NCBI GenBank assembly: GCA_001244265.2
Contig: CDLV01000012.1
Coordinates: forward strand, 124,001-188,000
DNA: 64,000 nt
Reading direction: 5' to 3'
DNA from: Microbotryum violaceum
Taxonomy: Eukaryota
This document shows positions 50,771 through 62,765 of this stretch, piece by piece (the first letter of the stretch is position 1; the number at the start of each line of letters is the position of its first letter). A program made the position numbers and the translations under genes. The notes under the pieces were generated by a model. The model was not told the DNA's origin. It did no database searches and saw only the letters and a program-made list of their open reading frames with translations.

Positions 50771-52164
50771 ATGTCGAATGGAGGAGCCGTATCCGGTGTA
50801 TGGCGCAGAGGCGGCGGTGTAAGTGGCTCGTCCACTTCGAATGCACCCACTCGTCATCATCATGCCCCCTCTAATAGCCGTGCAAGTGGACGAACTGGGG
50901 CCGCAACCGCACGAGCAAGCGGAGCAGCACGCGGTGCATACTCCGCGTCGCACCAAGCCATCTCAAATCAGGGGTTCACCACCGCCCGAGCATCGATAGG
51001 GAGGAGGCTCGATCCGATGGAGTTGCTGCAGAGTCCGAGTCGAGGGTTGAATGGGCAGGCCGACGGCGTAGAGAGGTGAGCGATCGTAGTCTGAGGGGAT
51101 ACCGTTTTTATTTGGGGGGCTGACTTCTTTGGCCGATATGTTTGGTGTACTAGTCTTCAAGATTCTTCAACCCAAGAAAACTTTTACGACTGGATCCGAG
51201 CCAAAATTGGCCATTTCGAGACGACCTGGGACGTGGGAACTTCTTTTTCGCGCAACTCGAAGCCGACCCACCTCTCCCAAAGGCGCAACAAGAGCTCGCC
51301 ATCATTCTGCTAGATCTGAGAAAGCTGCGCGAAGGTTTGACGTGTCTGAGGAGGGACGATGCCTTTGCTCTCAAAGGTATGTTCCCGATTGACAAATTCG
51401 ATCAGGAAACCCTTCCCCTAAGATTCAATTTTCGTTGCCTCAGTGTACGAAACCTCGGTCCTCCTCTCCCTTCGAGGATCCAACTGGTCCGTCGTCGGCA
51501 CATGTCTCCCTTCCCTCGTATCGATGCTCTCTCAACCACAACACCAACCCAAACTCACCTCACCCGACTCCCTCCCCTTTCGACCCTCTCGCTCTCCGAA
51601 ACCCCCCCCCCACCCTCCATATCCACCCCATCCCCCTCCTCTCTTCCCGACCCTAAAAGCTACTACACCTCCCTCCATCTCCTCTTCCTCCTCTCCTCCA
51701 CCAAAACCTCCCCTACCAATCCCTCTCTAGCAAGCCAAAGCGTCTCGGACGGTAAAACCGCGCCTGATCTTCCTACTTTCTGGGCGACGTGGGAGGGTTT
51801 AGAACCTCAAGTTCGACGGTCGCCTTGGGTTCAGAGTGTGAGACAACTTTCGAGTCTCTTGTTGCGAGGCGATTATATCCGATTCGAGAGGATCCTCTCC
51901 TCCTCAGTTCAAGCACCGTCAAAATATCCCTCAACGACCGTCTGGGATCCTCTCCAACTCGTCCTCATCGAACGCTTCGTCCCTTTCGTACGAACCAAAG
52001 CTTGGGAGAGGATGAGCAAGAGTTACAAGCTCAAGTCGGATCTGGAGGATTGGGGTTGGTTGAGTAAGGTGTTGTTGTTCGATTTGGAAGGAGGGGAAGG
52101 TAGGCAGGACGGAAAGGAGAGGTGTCGCAAGTGGGTTGAAGAGTTTGTGAGAGGTAGAAGCTGA
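50771..52164 (+). pseudogene. PCI/SAC3-related helical protein with two apparent single-base frameshifts
   Basis: LRKLREG...FALK/VYETS, LLRGDYIRFERI and VPFVRTKAWERMSKSY. Introns 51076-51153 and 51377-51443. Frame changes are needed near 51275 and 51530. Confidence 0.6.
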
Positions 52165-52474
52165 GGTTGCCTTGAAGGAAGGCTCGAAAGCATCGGATAG
52201 ACTGTTTGCTCTTCTGTTGTTGTAATCATCAGTTTAACCTTTGAATTGAGCCACAAGTGTCCGACTTGAGGAATTTACATGCATCTGCACTTCCTGGTCC
52301 ATCCGGTCAGCCAAGAAAGGAAAGCTCATGACATCGACGATGCATGAAGATCAAGCAGACGCAAAACGACATAAAAGACCGAGACACCAAAAATGAAGGT
52401 ACACACACGAGCACAAATGAAAATAGTACCGCCATAAAGAGGATAAAAAGGGTCATATACTATGGTGAGACGAA

Positions 52475-55400
52475 TCACGTATGGGACCATAAGGAGGGGT
52501 GAAGCGCCCCCGAGTTTGATCCACGCATCGTCGTTGTTGTCTGGGCAGTTGAGGATGCCTCGTCGTTCACTGTGGAGGAGGAAGGGGTAGCCTTGAACAA
52601 AAAGAATGGTTGACCCAATGAGGATGAGGTCGCTCGAGCTTCCGCTTCGCCCCCTCTGAAACGTTGCATCGCCAATGTTCGCCCCCCATCCTCACTCGGT
52701 CTTTTCGATCCCCCGACAACGCTGCCGTCACCCCTGTCTGCCATCACCTTGTCAGCAACGATCTCACCCGATCCTTGCCGCTCCATCTTCCGCCGAGTAC
52801 GTATCCCTCGAACGAGTCCGATCAAAATCCACACGAGGTCGACGATCAATAACGCGAACAAGGCGATGACGATGACGGCCTCGACGACGATGATGACGGC
52901 GCCGATGACGACTCGGACGATCTCGTTCAGCCCTATCGAGCGATTGAACGAGATCAACGCGCCGAAGATCGCGCATTTGAAGATTTGGAGCAGGATGCGG
53001 AATGCGTTCGATGACTTGTCCGTCCAGGGCACGGTCACGCACATGAAGATGAGGACGAAGAGCTCGATGACGAGCATGGCAACGGATTGGACCCAGCCGC
53101 GGTTCTGAGGTTGACGTCGAGAAGGATCAGAACGTCAGCACCGATGTGGCATAGGCATACAGCAGAGCCCTTCTATGACTTACCTGAGCAAAGGCGATGA
53201 ATGCCGCATCAGCAAAGGAAGCCACGAGAAGTGGAATGAAGAACCACCACCTCGCAGGCTTGTACGGGTTCCAGAAAGGGGCGTAGGCTGCGCCTCCCGA
53301 GACGAGCAGCTTGTCGGCCGAATGCCAGCGAACATTCCGGATGCAGAGGAATGTGAGGCCGGCGAGAGAAACTGTTGTGGTAACGAAAATAAAGACCGAA
53401 AGAATGATAAGTGCGTAGGACTGAGAAACAAGGAAGGCTGGCTTGGATCAGTAAAAGAGACTCGCTTCCCAGAAGCCGAAGGTGGTAGGCTCACATCGGA
53501 AGAGCCGAGCTTCCATTGGAAGAAGGTAAACAGTGTCAATGGAAACCACGAGATGAGAAGCTGCAGAAGCGACGACGAGGTACAAATCAGTATTGAGATC
53601 TGTATTGTGTATTGCGCAGCTCAGTGGACAACTCACCACTCGTAACGCAGTGGAGAGGAAGAGCGTTGAAGCCACGCCGTGTCGAATGTCGAGGCTATGC
53701 TTTCCACCGTTGCGCTTGGCGGCCTTCCACGACATCAAGCCAAAGGGGATCGCAAGGATGATGGCGACAGCGAGAAGTAACGCGAGAAGGAGTAAGAAGG
53801 AGAGGAAAACGGTCATAAAGGCATTGTAAGGTGAGATGTGCCACTGGAACACGAAGCGAGGAATACCAAAGTCGAGTGACGAGTAGGTATCCTGTTCGGT
53901 CACCTTGGGAACGGCATAATCTGCGGTCGTCGTCGCCAGATCCATTTCATACAAAGCCCTCTTCTTGATCGTCGTAACGGCATGGTCCGCCGCCTCGGCT
54001 AGCCGAGTGTGCAGATTGCTAGTCCACGTTCGGTTGCCTCGTGCGTTCCATGACGTTGATGTGTTGAAGGCAGCAGAGGGAGGTAGGCTAGCCAGCCTGT
54101 CGGAGAGAAAGGTTGAACGCCTAGCCAGTTTTGACGCCTGTCGACTCGAAGTCGCGAACGAGACCTGTCGCGCCTTTTCGGTCCCACCTACGAGGTTCAG
54201 CGACCCCGCAAGACGGGTCAAGTTGCCCCCTGTTCGATCACGTAGGTCGTCGATCGACTGCTGGAAAGGCTGGATATAGACTAGGCCCAAGGCCCATGCA
54301 AAGTTTGTGGTGAAGCTGTTGTAGATGAGCGGGTAGTCGAGGGAAAGCAAACCCGAGACGGCGACAAATTGATACCAGCCAATGATCTCAAGCAGCCTTT
54401 CTTTCGTCCGACCTCGCTGCATCGCTTCGGTGTCGCCTTGCCAAAAGTTCACAAACATCCGTAGCAGTCCAAGCACGATCGCACCGAGCATGAGTCCGGC
54501 CGTTGCCCACGATACGCCTGCCCATCGCACCGACTCGCCATTGCTCAATCGCATCCGCAGGCAAGTCGCTTCCGATCCGTCAGCGACGCTCAGAAGCCTA
54601 ACGGTCGCGACGGCTTCCAAATCGGGTATCCGATAGCCAATCTTAGGGATTTTGACGTCGTCTTGAATGGAGGTAGGGAGCGGTAACGCTAGACAGGAGG
54701 GAAGACAACACACGGCATCAACTTCGAGGTCCAGCTCGATCAGCATCGATTGAGTCGTTGCCGGAAAACTCACTCGCGCTGGCGACGAAGTCGTACTGCG
54801 GCAGGGGACACATGACACCGCCGAGGGTGGTGCACAGGTTGATGCTCACGTTGACGGCTAGAGGTAGGGGTTTTGTCGTTCAGCTTGGGCGTCGCAATGA
54901 AGATAACAAATGTCTGGTGTCCGGCAAAGACGGTGCCACCAGTTACAGCGCCGAAAGATATGATCGGGCTGCCGAACCCGCGAGCGAGCAAGTGAGAACT
55001 TACCTTGGATCCCATAGGCAGTCAACTGCAACGAGATGATGGCTCTAGTGTCGGGCTCAACACTCGCGGCATTGATGTCGAACGATATGGTCTTGTCGAT
55101 ATCTGCGGAGTGTTGATAGAGGGGGTCAGTCTCAGTGTTCACTTTCGCAGGCCGAACCGAGACACGCGAGCTCGTCAACTCCGAGGCCGGGGCGCCGTGG
55201 CGGGCTGGGCCGACCAACTCGACGTAGCTCGACGGCCGAAATCGGGCAATGGACTCACTGTCGTACTGCAGCAAAAACTCTTTAACTTCGATCGCTCGAG
55301 CTGCAGAGCAATACGAGACCGCACTGGCATCTGCACGACCCAGTAGGGATCCAGCAGCGAGATGATGGCGAGGACGATCGAGGGCGATCAGTCGATACGA

Positions 55401-55579
55401 AAACGGAGCATGCAGTGTCAGTCTCAACTCGGTGTGCCACGATGTCGTCGCGGCTCAGCGCTCAGCCGACGCGACCCCAGCGTCAGTGCCAGCTTACAGA
55501 ATACTTCCGACTTGGCGACAACATTGGTAGCGAGCAGTGCAACCCAAACGAATGTGATTGTTGAGGACCGCCAAATCAT
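52475..55579 (-). CDS. FLC/PKD2-type TRP-like membrane protein with ML-like N-terminal domain (multi-exon)
   Basis: Signal MIWRSSTITFVWVALLATNVVA spliced to YASAVSYC. IPDLEAVATVRL...CLRMRLSNGESV, YQFVAVSGLLSLDYPLIYNSFTTNFAWALGL and multiple transmembrane helices. Confidence 0.85.
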
Positions 55580-56090
55580 GATGGCGCAATGCCCCAGCGC
55601 TCGTGAACAGGTGGAGGGTAGAGGTCCAAGCCAAGCTCTCCTCCCTGTCGCGGCTGCCAGCAGAGCCGAAGGGGTCTGCGCGAGCTTGCGGAAATCTGCG
55701 CGAGGCTGCACGCAGCCGAGCCAGTCGATGACATCAACGCGGAATGGTCGTCCAAGGTTGCGCGCGCGTGTCCGCCTGCACATTGATATCGAGTCAAGTA
55801 CCGCGAATATCTGTAATCACGCAGGAATATCATCTAACCCAAAATTGAGTCAGGATTGTGGCCATCATCTCGACCGGCTCAGGACTGCGTCTCGGCCAGG
55901 GTCCTTCCCACGTAACTCTTCACGCGAGCTTGCGCACGTCAAAGCGTTGCCCACGAAGTCATAGGTAACGTATCCAAATTTGAAATGCGAAGTTGGAAAC
56001 AGCGCCATGGGTGTCTTTAGAAGCTGGAAACAAATGTTTTTTTTTTCTAAATTAGATCAATTACAGACGGACTCCATACCCCTCTCCCAC

Positions 56091-57516
56091 TCAAAGGTGA
56101 GCCTCAGGGTGGGTCAAACTAATGACCGAAGGCTGTCCTCCCGCCTTGGACAAGACCCTGCACTCGTCGACGAAGCTGGTGAACATGTTGATCGTGTCGA
56201 GCGGTCCACCGGCCGACTCGGGGTGGAACTGCACGCCCCACACGCGCTTGCCCGAGGCTTCGGTCGATTTGATGCCTTCAACCGACGCATCGTTGGCGTT
56301 GAGGAAAAAGGGTTCCCAGCCTTTGGGGAAGGGGTCCACGAGTTCGAGCGCATATTGGTCTATTGAATTGAAGCAAGTCCAGAGTAGTCAGCATGTGCTC
56401 TACACGTCAGAAGAGCACGTTCTGACAGGAGAACTCACGGTTCTGCGAGGTGACGTAGACGCGACCGGCTTTGATCGCACCGGACGAAGCGAGGGCGAGC
56501 ACGGGCTGATTGTGGCCTCGATTGCCGAAGCGCATCCTGTACGCGTCCAAACCGGCGGCAAGACCGATAATTTGGTGACCCATGCAGATACCGAAGACGG
56601 GCTTGTCCCACTCGTTGATCGTCTTGCGCACGTGCACGGCCGCTTCCATACAATGTTTGGGGTCACCGGGACCGTTGGATAAAAACAGGCCGTCGAACTG
56701 ATCGCGCACGGTGTTGAAGTCAAAGTTCCAGGGGAAGACGGTCACGGAAGCACCACGGCGCGTCAACGAGCGGAGAATATTGGCCTTGGCGCCAAAGTCA
56801 AGCAGCGCGATCTTGACATCGCCCTCGGGGTTCAAAGTGTAGATCTCCTTGGTCGAGACCTGGTCAACAAGGTTCTCAATCGAAGGATCCCAGAAGTCGG
56901 CCGCAGCGGGCACGACTTCGTGGCCCTCACCAGTCGAAAGCTTGGACAGGGTCGAGCCTCTGTTGCGGAGCAGGGTTGTGATCGCACGGGTGTCGACGCC
57001 GGTGATGCCGGGAACCCCGTGGCGATCGCACCACTCGTGCAAGGACTCGACGGCTTGGTAGTGCGAGTACTTTTCGGCGAGGTTGCCGACGATGACCCCG
57101 GCGCATTGCACGCCGTTGGACTCGAGCAAGAGGGGGGGTCCGTTGGGGTCCTGAATCGAGGCGTTGTTGGGAACACCGTAGTTACCAATGAGCGGGGTCG
57201 TGAAAACGATGAACTGGCCTCGGTACGAAGGATCGGTCATGGACTCGGTGTAGGAGGTGATGGAGGTGCTGAAGACGGATTCGCCGTAGCGGGAGATGGG
57301 GGCACCAAAGGCTTTTCCCTCGAAGCGCTCACCGGTCTTGAAGTGCAGCGACGCGGGGCGGTTGGGGTTGAAGAGGTTAGTGCTCTTACCCGTGGTCGGG
57401 GTCATGGTCGCCGAAGCAGGGCGCTGCGCATGGGTCGCCAACGAGCGGAGGGAGAAGCGAGCGGTAGCAGCGTGGCGCCAGAGCGGAGAGGGGCGAGTCG
57501 CTGCGGCGAGCATCAT
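56091..57516 (-). CDS. CPA1: Carbamoyl-phosphate synthase, arginine-specific small chain (exons 57516-56439, 56359-56091)
   Basis: YTESMTDPSYRGQ, PLIGNYGVP, LFLSNGPGDP, FGICMGHQ, SQN/HQYA and VQFHPES; mitochondrial presequence. Confidence 0.95.
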
Positions 57517-57571
57517 GGTCTAAGTGATATGTGGCGGCAGATGGATGATAGAGAGGTCGAGGTAGTCTCGA

Positions 57572-57973
57572 TCAGTCTTGAGACTTGTGGATGATCGAGT
57601 CGAGGTAGTCGTAACGAGTCTGGTTGTGATAATAAAACCGGGGCGACGGGCGTGACGGAGCGGATAAGATAAGGCGGCGAGGCAAGCGAGCTTGTCAGTC
57701 GAGCTCGAGTGCGAGTCCAGTACCAGCCACAATGGCTCACCTCTGAGCCGATATAGCCAGCTAGCCTGTGGTATCGAGAAGGGGCACAGAGTTGCAACTC
57801 GGATGTCAGTCACTGCTGCTATGGGCCGCCATCGACCCGCGACCGAGTCGTGCTGATGCGAAACCGTGACTTGACTAGCTTGACTCGTCGGCCTCGCCGC
57901 GTCGTTCGCAAGCCAGTCAATCGTCGCCGGGTGACGGCGCGAAACCGACAAATTCGTGGATATGTCCTTACAT
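57572..57973 (-). promoter_or_regulatory. Spliced uORF encoding an arginine attenuator peptide-like 24-mer, MLAGYIGSETRYDYLDSIIHKSQD
   Basis: Exons 57973-57972 (AT), 57765-57741 and 57619-57572. Introns GTAAGG...CTGAC...CAG and GTGAGC...CTGAC...CAG. Carries a T-x-x-D-Y-L core and lies directly upstream of CPA1. Confidence 0.8.
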
Positions 57974-59921
57974 GAAACAGTGGGCAGCACGGCGGCGGAT
58001 TCCAGAGTGGTGGGGTTCAAATGAAGAAACGGGGTTTGCGTCGCGAAGTAGCGGATGCAAAGGCGGGCAGGCTTGTTGGGGTGCTCGGCTGCTTGGTGTC
58101 GGTGGGTGATGGAGGGAAAAAGGCATAGGCCGGGTAGCCGCCCCCACCCTCGCGGCGCTCCTTGGCCCAAAAAGGCCCGAGAGCAACCAAAGCCAAGAGC
58201 GCACGAGTCGCTGCTAACCCATGCTACCCATAGCCTCTCAGGGGTCCGCTTTACTCCGCGGGAATTCTGTGGGCTCTTGCGAGCATTTCACGGGAAGAGT
58301 CTTTGTGGGCTTTGTGGCGATTCTTGTCAAAATCAACAGCTCCCACAATTGATTACATCGAGCCGATTGCGCCAATGCGACCATGAAGTGCCAAAGTCGA
58401 GCTCCAGATCGAGCAACGAATTGAACTTGCTTCGAGCGCATCCCCACTTTGTTGAACCAGGACCTTTCGCAAGAGTCGACGTCGAAGATTCCATGATTTG
58501 TTCAGCTTTGTCTACTCATCTAAATCTTCGAAGTCGACATGACGGTGAACCCTGATGGACCTCCTCCTCTCACACGGTGCGGTCCGGGTGAACGCTTCCC
58601 GCCGCCCGGACTGGACCTGATCAGTGCAGTGCCTGCCACCACTCTTAAAGGATACTGTGGGGTCTCGGATGGGGGATCTACAACAATGAGAAGCGTGGCC
58701 CCTGGGGCGTGAGCATATCTGTAATGACAGTGGGGAGTTTGGACTCGAAAAGCTCTACATGGTCGTACTGTATCCAGTCGCTGAGGCGATCGAGCCATTG
58801 CACCCTTATTGTGTCAGGAGCGGTTCCAAGCTTTACCACTAGCCTATGCTGACCCCAAAAAGGTACAATATCCACTCTAAAAGGAGTGGAAAGCTTGGTA
58901 CTATGTATGGCCAACCCCCAGTGAAGCGAGCTAGGAATTTCAGGATTACTGGTTCATGACACATTGCCTGGACCTCACCGATTCACAAGGGTGAATCTAG
59001 ATCATCCTCCGCTCGCGGTCCCCAGTCAAGAGTGTTACTTGGGAAAATCTTGCAGGCAACCATACGAGGACTCGACCTCGCGTCCATCCTCTGGCCCCCA
59101 GGTCGACTATGTTTTCAACTCGATGTTCTTTCATGCGACATGGCCGGCGACTTCAAAACCTACTAGCACGTTTCAGGCGCATCATGCGCATCATGCGTCT
59201 CGGGCGTTCACCGGCCCCCACTTGGGGTGGGTCTGCTCGATATACAGGTGACCGTCACGGGCGAACAGACCAGAAAGATAGGGGCTAGGGGCATCGCTGC
59301 CAAGGTGAGGCGAGCGAGAATATTGACCGCGCGAAGCCGCCTGGAACACTGCACAACATAGCAAACAAAACCGAGATCATCCCATTTCAGGGTTTTCTTT
59401 GTTGTTATGAAAACTGTCCAAGCGTTTAATTCCAAGTCGCTTTGCAGGCCGTCTCGTCTGGCGAGTGTTGGTTTGCGATCCTCGGACCTCGCGGGGCGAC
59501 TTAGGAGTCCAGACCACGCAGCACGGTGTGACGGGCCGAATGGGTGCTTTCGGGCCTGCATAACTACTAAGCGTTCATTGTCGGCGGAATTCGGGCTCGT
59601 TGCTAAAGTCTGTTGCGAGAGACTACTTGGTAAACCTCTCAGTCGTGCCTTTAGTACTCTCCTGAAGGGACAGAGCTTTTTTCCCGGCGGGCTTGAACTG
59701 AAGCTCTCTCGCGAATGCTAGCGGGCTTGACAGTACCCAGGAGAGATCAATCGAGAAGGCATAGGGGAATGGAGAGGGCGCAGCTTGTTAATGAACTGCC
59801 AGGCTAAGGCGGATCAGCGGTAGTGGCAGCGGCGCGTCAAGTAATAGGTTGGGTAATCGGCCTAATGGGACCTTATCCCTCCCCGTGTTGCGCGATCATA
59901 TGCATCCCTTCTTGCGCCGCC

Positions 59922-61016
59922 ATGAGCAACTCCCACCAAACTCTGGCCCACAAGTTGCTACCTCACACAAATGAGGAACCATGCCACCCGTCAGATGAAG
60001 CGGGCAACAGCTCTGGCATGACACAAGCGGTGCGAGAACCAAGGGTGGCATCAGCGCAACTGCCATCAGCACATCCCCTCGGCACCGTGACCGTCGCCTC
60101 ACCGCCATTTCGACCCGCGCTCGCACCGGGTAGCAGCCATAGCAAGCCATAGCAAGCTGATCCGTCCCGCTTCATCAGCAGCTACGACGGTGCCAGCTCG
60201 CTCCCATACCTCCAACAATGCGGGATCACGCACATGTTAACTTCACCTCTGAATACGAGGATTGCTTCCCGTCGCACTTCGTCTACCTCCGCCTTCGGGC
60301 AAGGGTTAAGAGCTCGGAACGACTGGGCCCCTGTTTTGACCAAGTGGCTGATTTCGTCATCAAGGTACAACACGCAGGTGGCCGAGTGCTCGTGCATTGC
60401 CAAGAAGGGATCTCGAGAAGTGCGGCCTTGGTCCTCGCAGTCATGATCATGAACGAGATGCAGACGTTGAATCAAGCTTTCGATGTTCTTCGAAGCGCCA
60501 GACTGGTTATTGAACCCTCTTCAAACTTTTTGAGGGAGTTGAGGGCACTCGAACGTCGCTTGTTTGGCGTTTTAAGCACGAGACGTTTAACACCGGCCGA
60601 AAAGGCGTCCACCGACGACTTGGAAGCGTCGGATGACATCGACGAAGAGCTGACCCGTCACTGACCTCGATGGCCGCCATAAAGGAGACGAGAGAGACCG
60701 TCAACAGAGGACTTCCGGACCGCCATCGCTTTTGGGCGCGGCATGGATACCTCCAGTGCGTTACCCAAAATCATCAGCGATGCGGTGTACAAGACCTTTT
60801 TATGTTTACGCGCGGCGAGAAGAGCGCGACCTCCGAGCACGCGCCGCATTGGCTCGGTTCTTCAATGCCTTCGTCGATGCAGGAGTAATCGACCGCGTCG
60901 AGTTGCGGAAGATCTCGCAGAAGATCTTTGAGAGCGAGGAATGGGACGATTTCGCGATGGAGGACGTGCCCTATGCCGCAGGATATGCTCGCGAGTTACT
61001 AGCGCAGTTGACCTGA
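59922..61016 (+). pseudogene. Dual-specificity protein phosphatase, frameshifted
   Basis: GITH...VNFT, VLVHCQEGISRSAALVLA and PSSNFLREL. Motifs are spread over different frames, with a 10-bp tandem duplication at about 60138-60157. Confidence 0.75.
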
Positions 61017-61717
61017 GTGCAGATTCGCTGCCACCACTAAGGTGGCCCGTCACAAGCCGACGCGAGGCACCACCTTGCCAAAGCAGGACAGCCGAGCCTT
61101 GGCAAGTCGAACATCACATCGTCGACGCTTCTCTCCCTTTTGTCCCTACTCGTCTTCAGTGAACGCGCAACATCATGTTTAAACGGCCGGCCAGGAGCCT
61201 CCCAGTCCTCCCAGTCTTCAACTCACTCGGAGGAGATAGCAAGCAATAGCTGATTCTCCGTTTCAAGGGATTCATGGTTGTGGGAGGATGGAGTGAAGTA
61301 GTGAAGAAGAAAGCAGGAAGAGGAGGAATGCATTGTCGCAGGACGCGTCTCATCGCACCATTAATAATTCTCATCATTTAATCGCTGACGAAGTAGTGCG
61401 ACCGGCTTCGTCATGCGATCGGCTTTGTCTGCGATCGGCTTCTGTGATCGGCTTCGTCAGCAGCCTGAACTGGGGGGCGGACTCCGACGCGGTCCCATCA
61501 TCGGCGACGTGCAGGCTGCGGCAGGCAGGCGAGAAGCCGGGCCTCGGGTCCGGGCGGAGACGTCGCTTACCTAAGCTCAACTAAGCCAGAGTGGACGGTT
61601 TCGAGCTCATCGCTTACCACTTCTGGGTTCGTATAGGTCCGTAAGGTCGTACGGAAGAGCAGCTTGCGAAGCTTTTTTTGAATTGGACTGCTTCGTACAG
61701 AGTCTACAGAACTCGAA

Positions 61718-62765
61718 TGTAAGGTATGCGCCTCTGATGTTAAAATACAATCTGTCATTCTGGACCGCTAGACTAAAGCAAGTTCAAATGAACCTAACCG
61801 ACAGGCGGAACGTTAACGGGGCTTTGTTTATAGGGGTCTGTTCGATCAACTTCGATGATTGACGCAGGCCCCTTTGTACAAGTGCAGTGGAGCACAACCC
61901 CTCCCCACAACAGAAGACAGATCGGTGGAAAACACTACCACTGTACCCACTCGCCGTCGTCGAGACTCGTCAGTCGCGATTGCGGGGGATGAAGACGCGC
62001 CGCGGTGAGCACGAGCAGCCATCGTCTCTCCCACACAGGGGCTCTTCAGCCCGCTCCGCAACCGATGACTTGATTGTTCAGGCTAATCAGAGGTCGCAAT
62101 CGACAGCATCCACAGCGGATTAGCGCGGGAGTGCACATGATTCGAGATCTTGGATTCGAGGTGAGCCCGGGATATTTTCGAATTGGTAACACGGAGGCAG
62201 CTGGGCTGACGTCACCAAAATGGCACCCTTCCAATTTGATCCCCCTAGCCCCCCTAGGTACTTGCTCAGGTAATTGAGTCAGGTACCAGAAGGCCTACAG
62301 GACTGCTACATTGGGTTCAAGATTCAGCCTTTTCGATTTTCATTCCTGATTCTAATTTGAATAAGGCTTTTTGAATAGTGCTTTTAGTAGGGGGTACTCC
62401 CTGCCAAGATAGATCCTGTAAGGCTTTCTGATGTTTTCACTGTACGCTCTCAAAGGGAAGTGGTGCTATAAATGTAGTATATGATAACGCGAGAATGAAA
62501 CCGCAAGCAAAGCCTGGTACCTGCACTCCTAAAGGTCTGCACGGGATTCCTAGGTCGTCACGCGCCTGGTTTACAGACGGGGGACCCTCCCGCCTGAGAC
62601 CCTACTCCCTCAAGGTCCTGGATATCCCGCATTCCGCCTGCGTTCGAGCAAACTCGCGGGAAAATCCCGCGGAAAGGGCTTGCGCGTGTAGAACTCGGCA
62701 GTTCTAGCTACTCAGATCTACTCAGAGGCTACTTATAGGGCTGTTCTGTAAGGCATCCCCTTACA
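61718..62765 (+). repeat. Dispersed repeat segments shared with 16724-16746 and 19152-19269
   Basis: 61718-61783 matches 16724-16746 joined to 19152-19195. 62689-62765 matches 19202-19269. Confidence 0.75.

Noticed and set aside
54858-55427. ORF-track start for the TRP-like gene
   Set aside because: A better signal-peptide exon starts at 55579 and splices in frame.
56920-57594. 224-aa plus-strand ORF
   Set aside because: Antisense to CPA1; a by-product of GC-rich codon usage.
58238-58914. Protein-like minus-strand fragments upstream of CPA1
   Set aside because: Interrupted by stops and not assignable to any family by eye.
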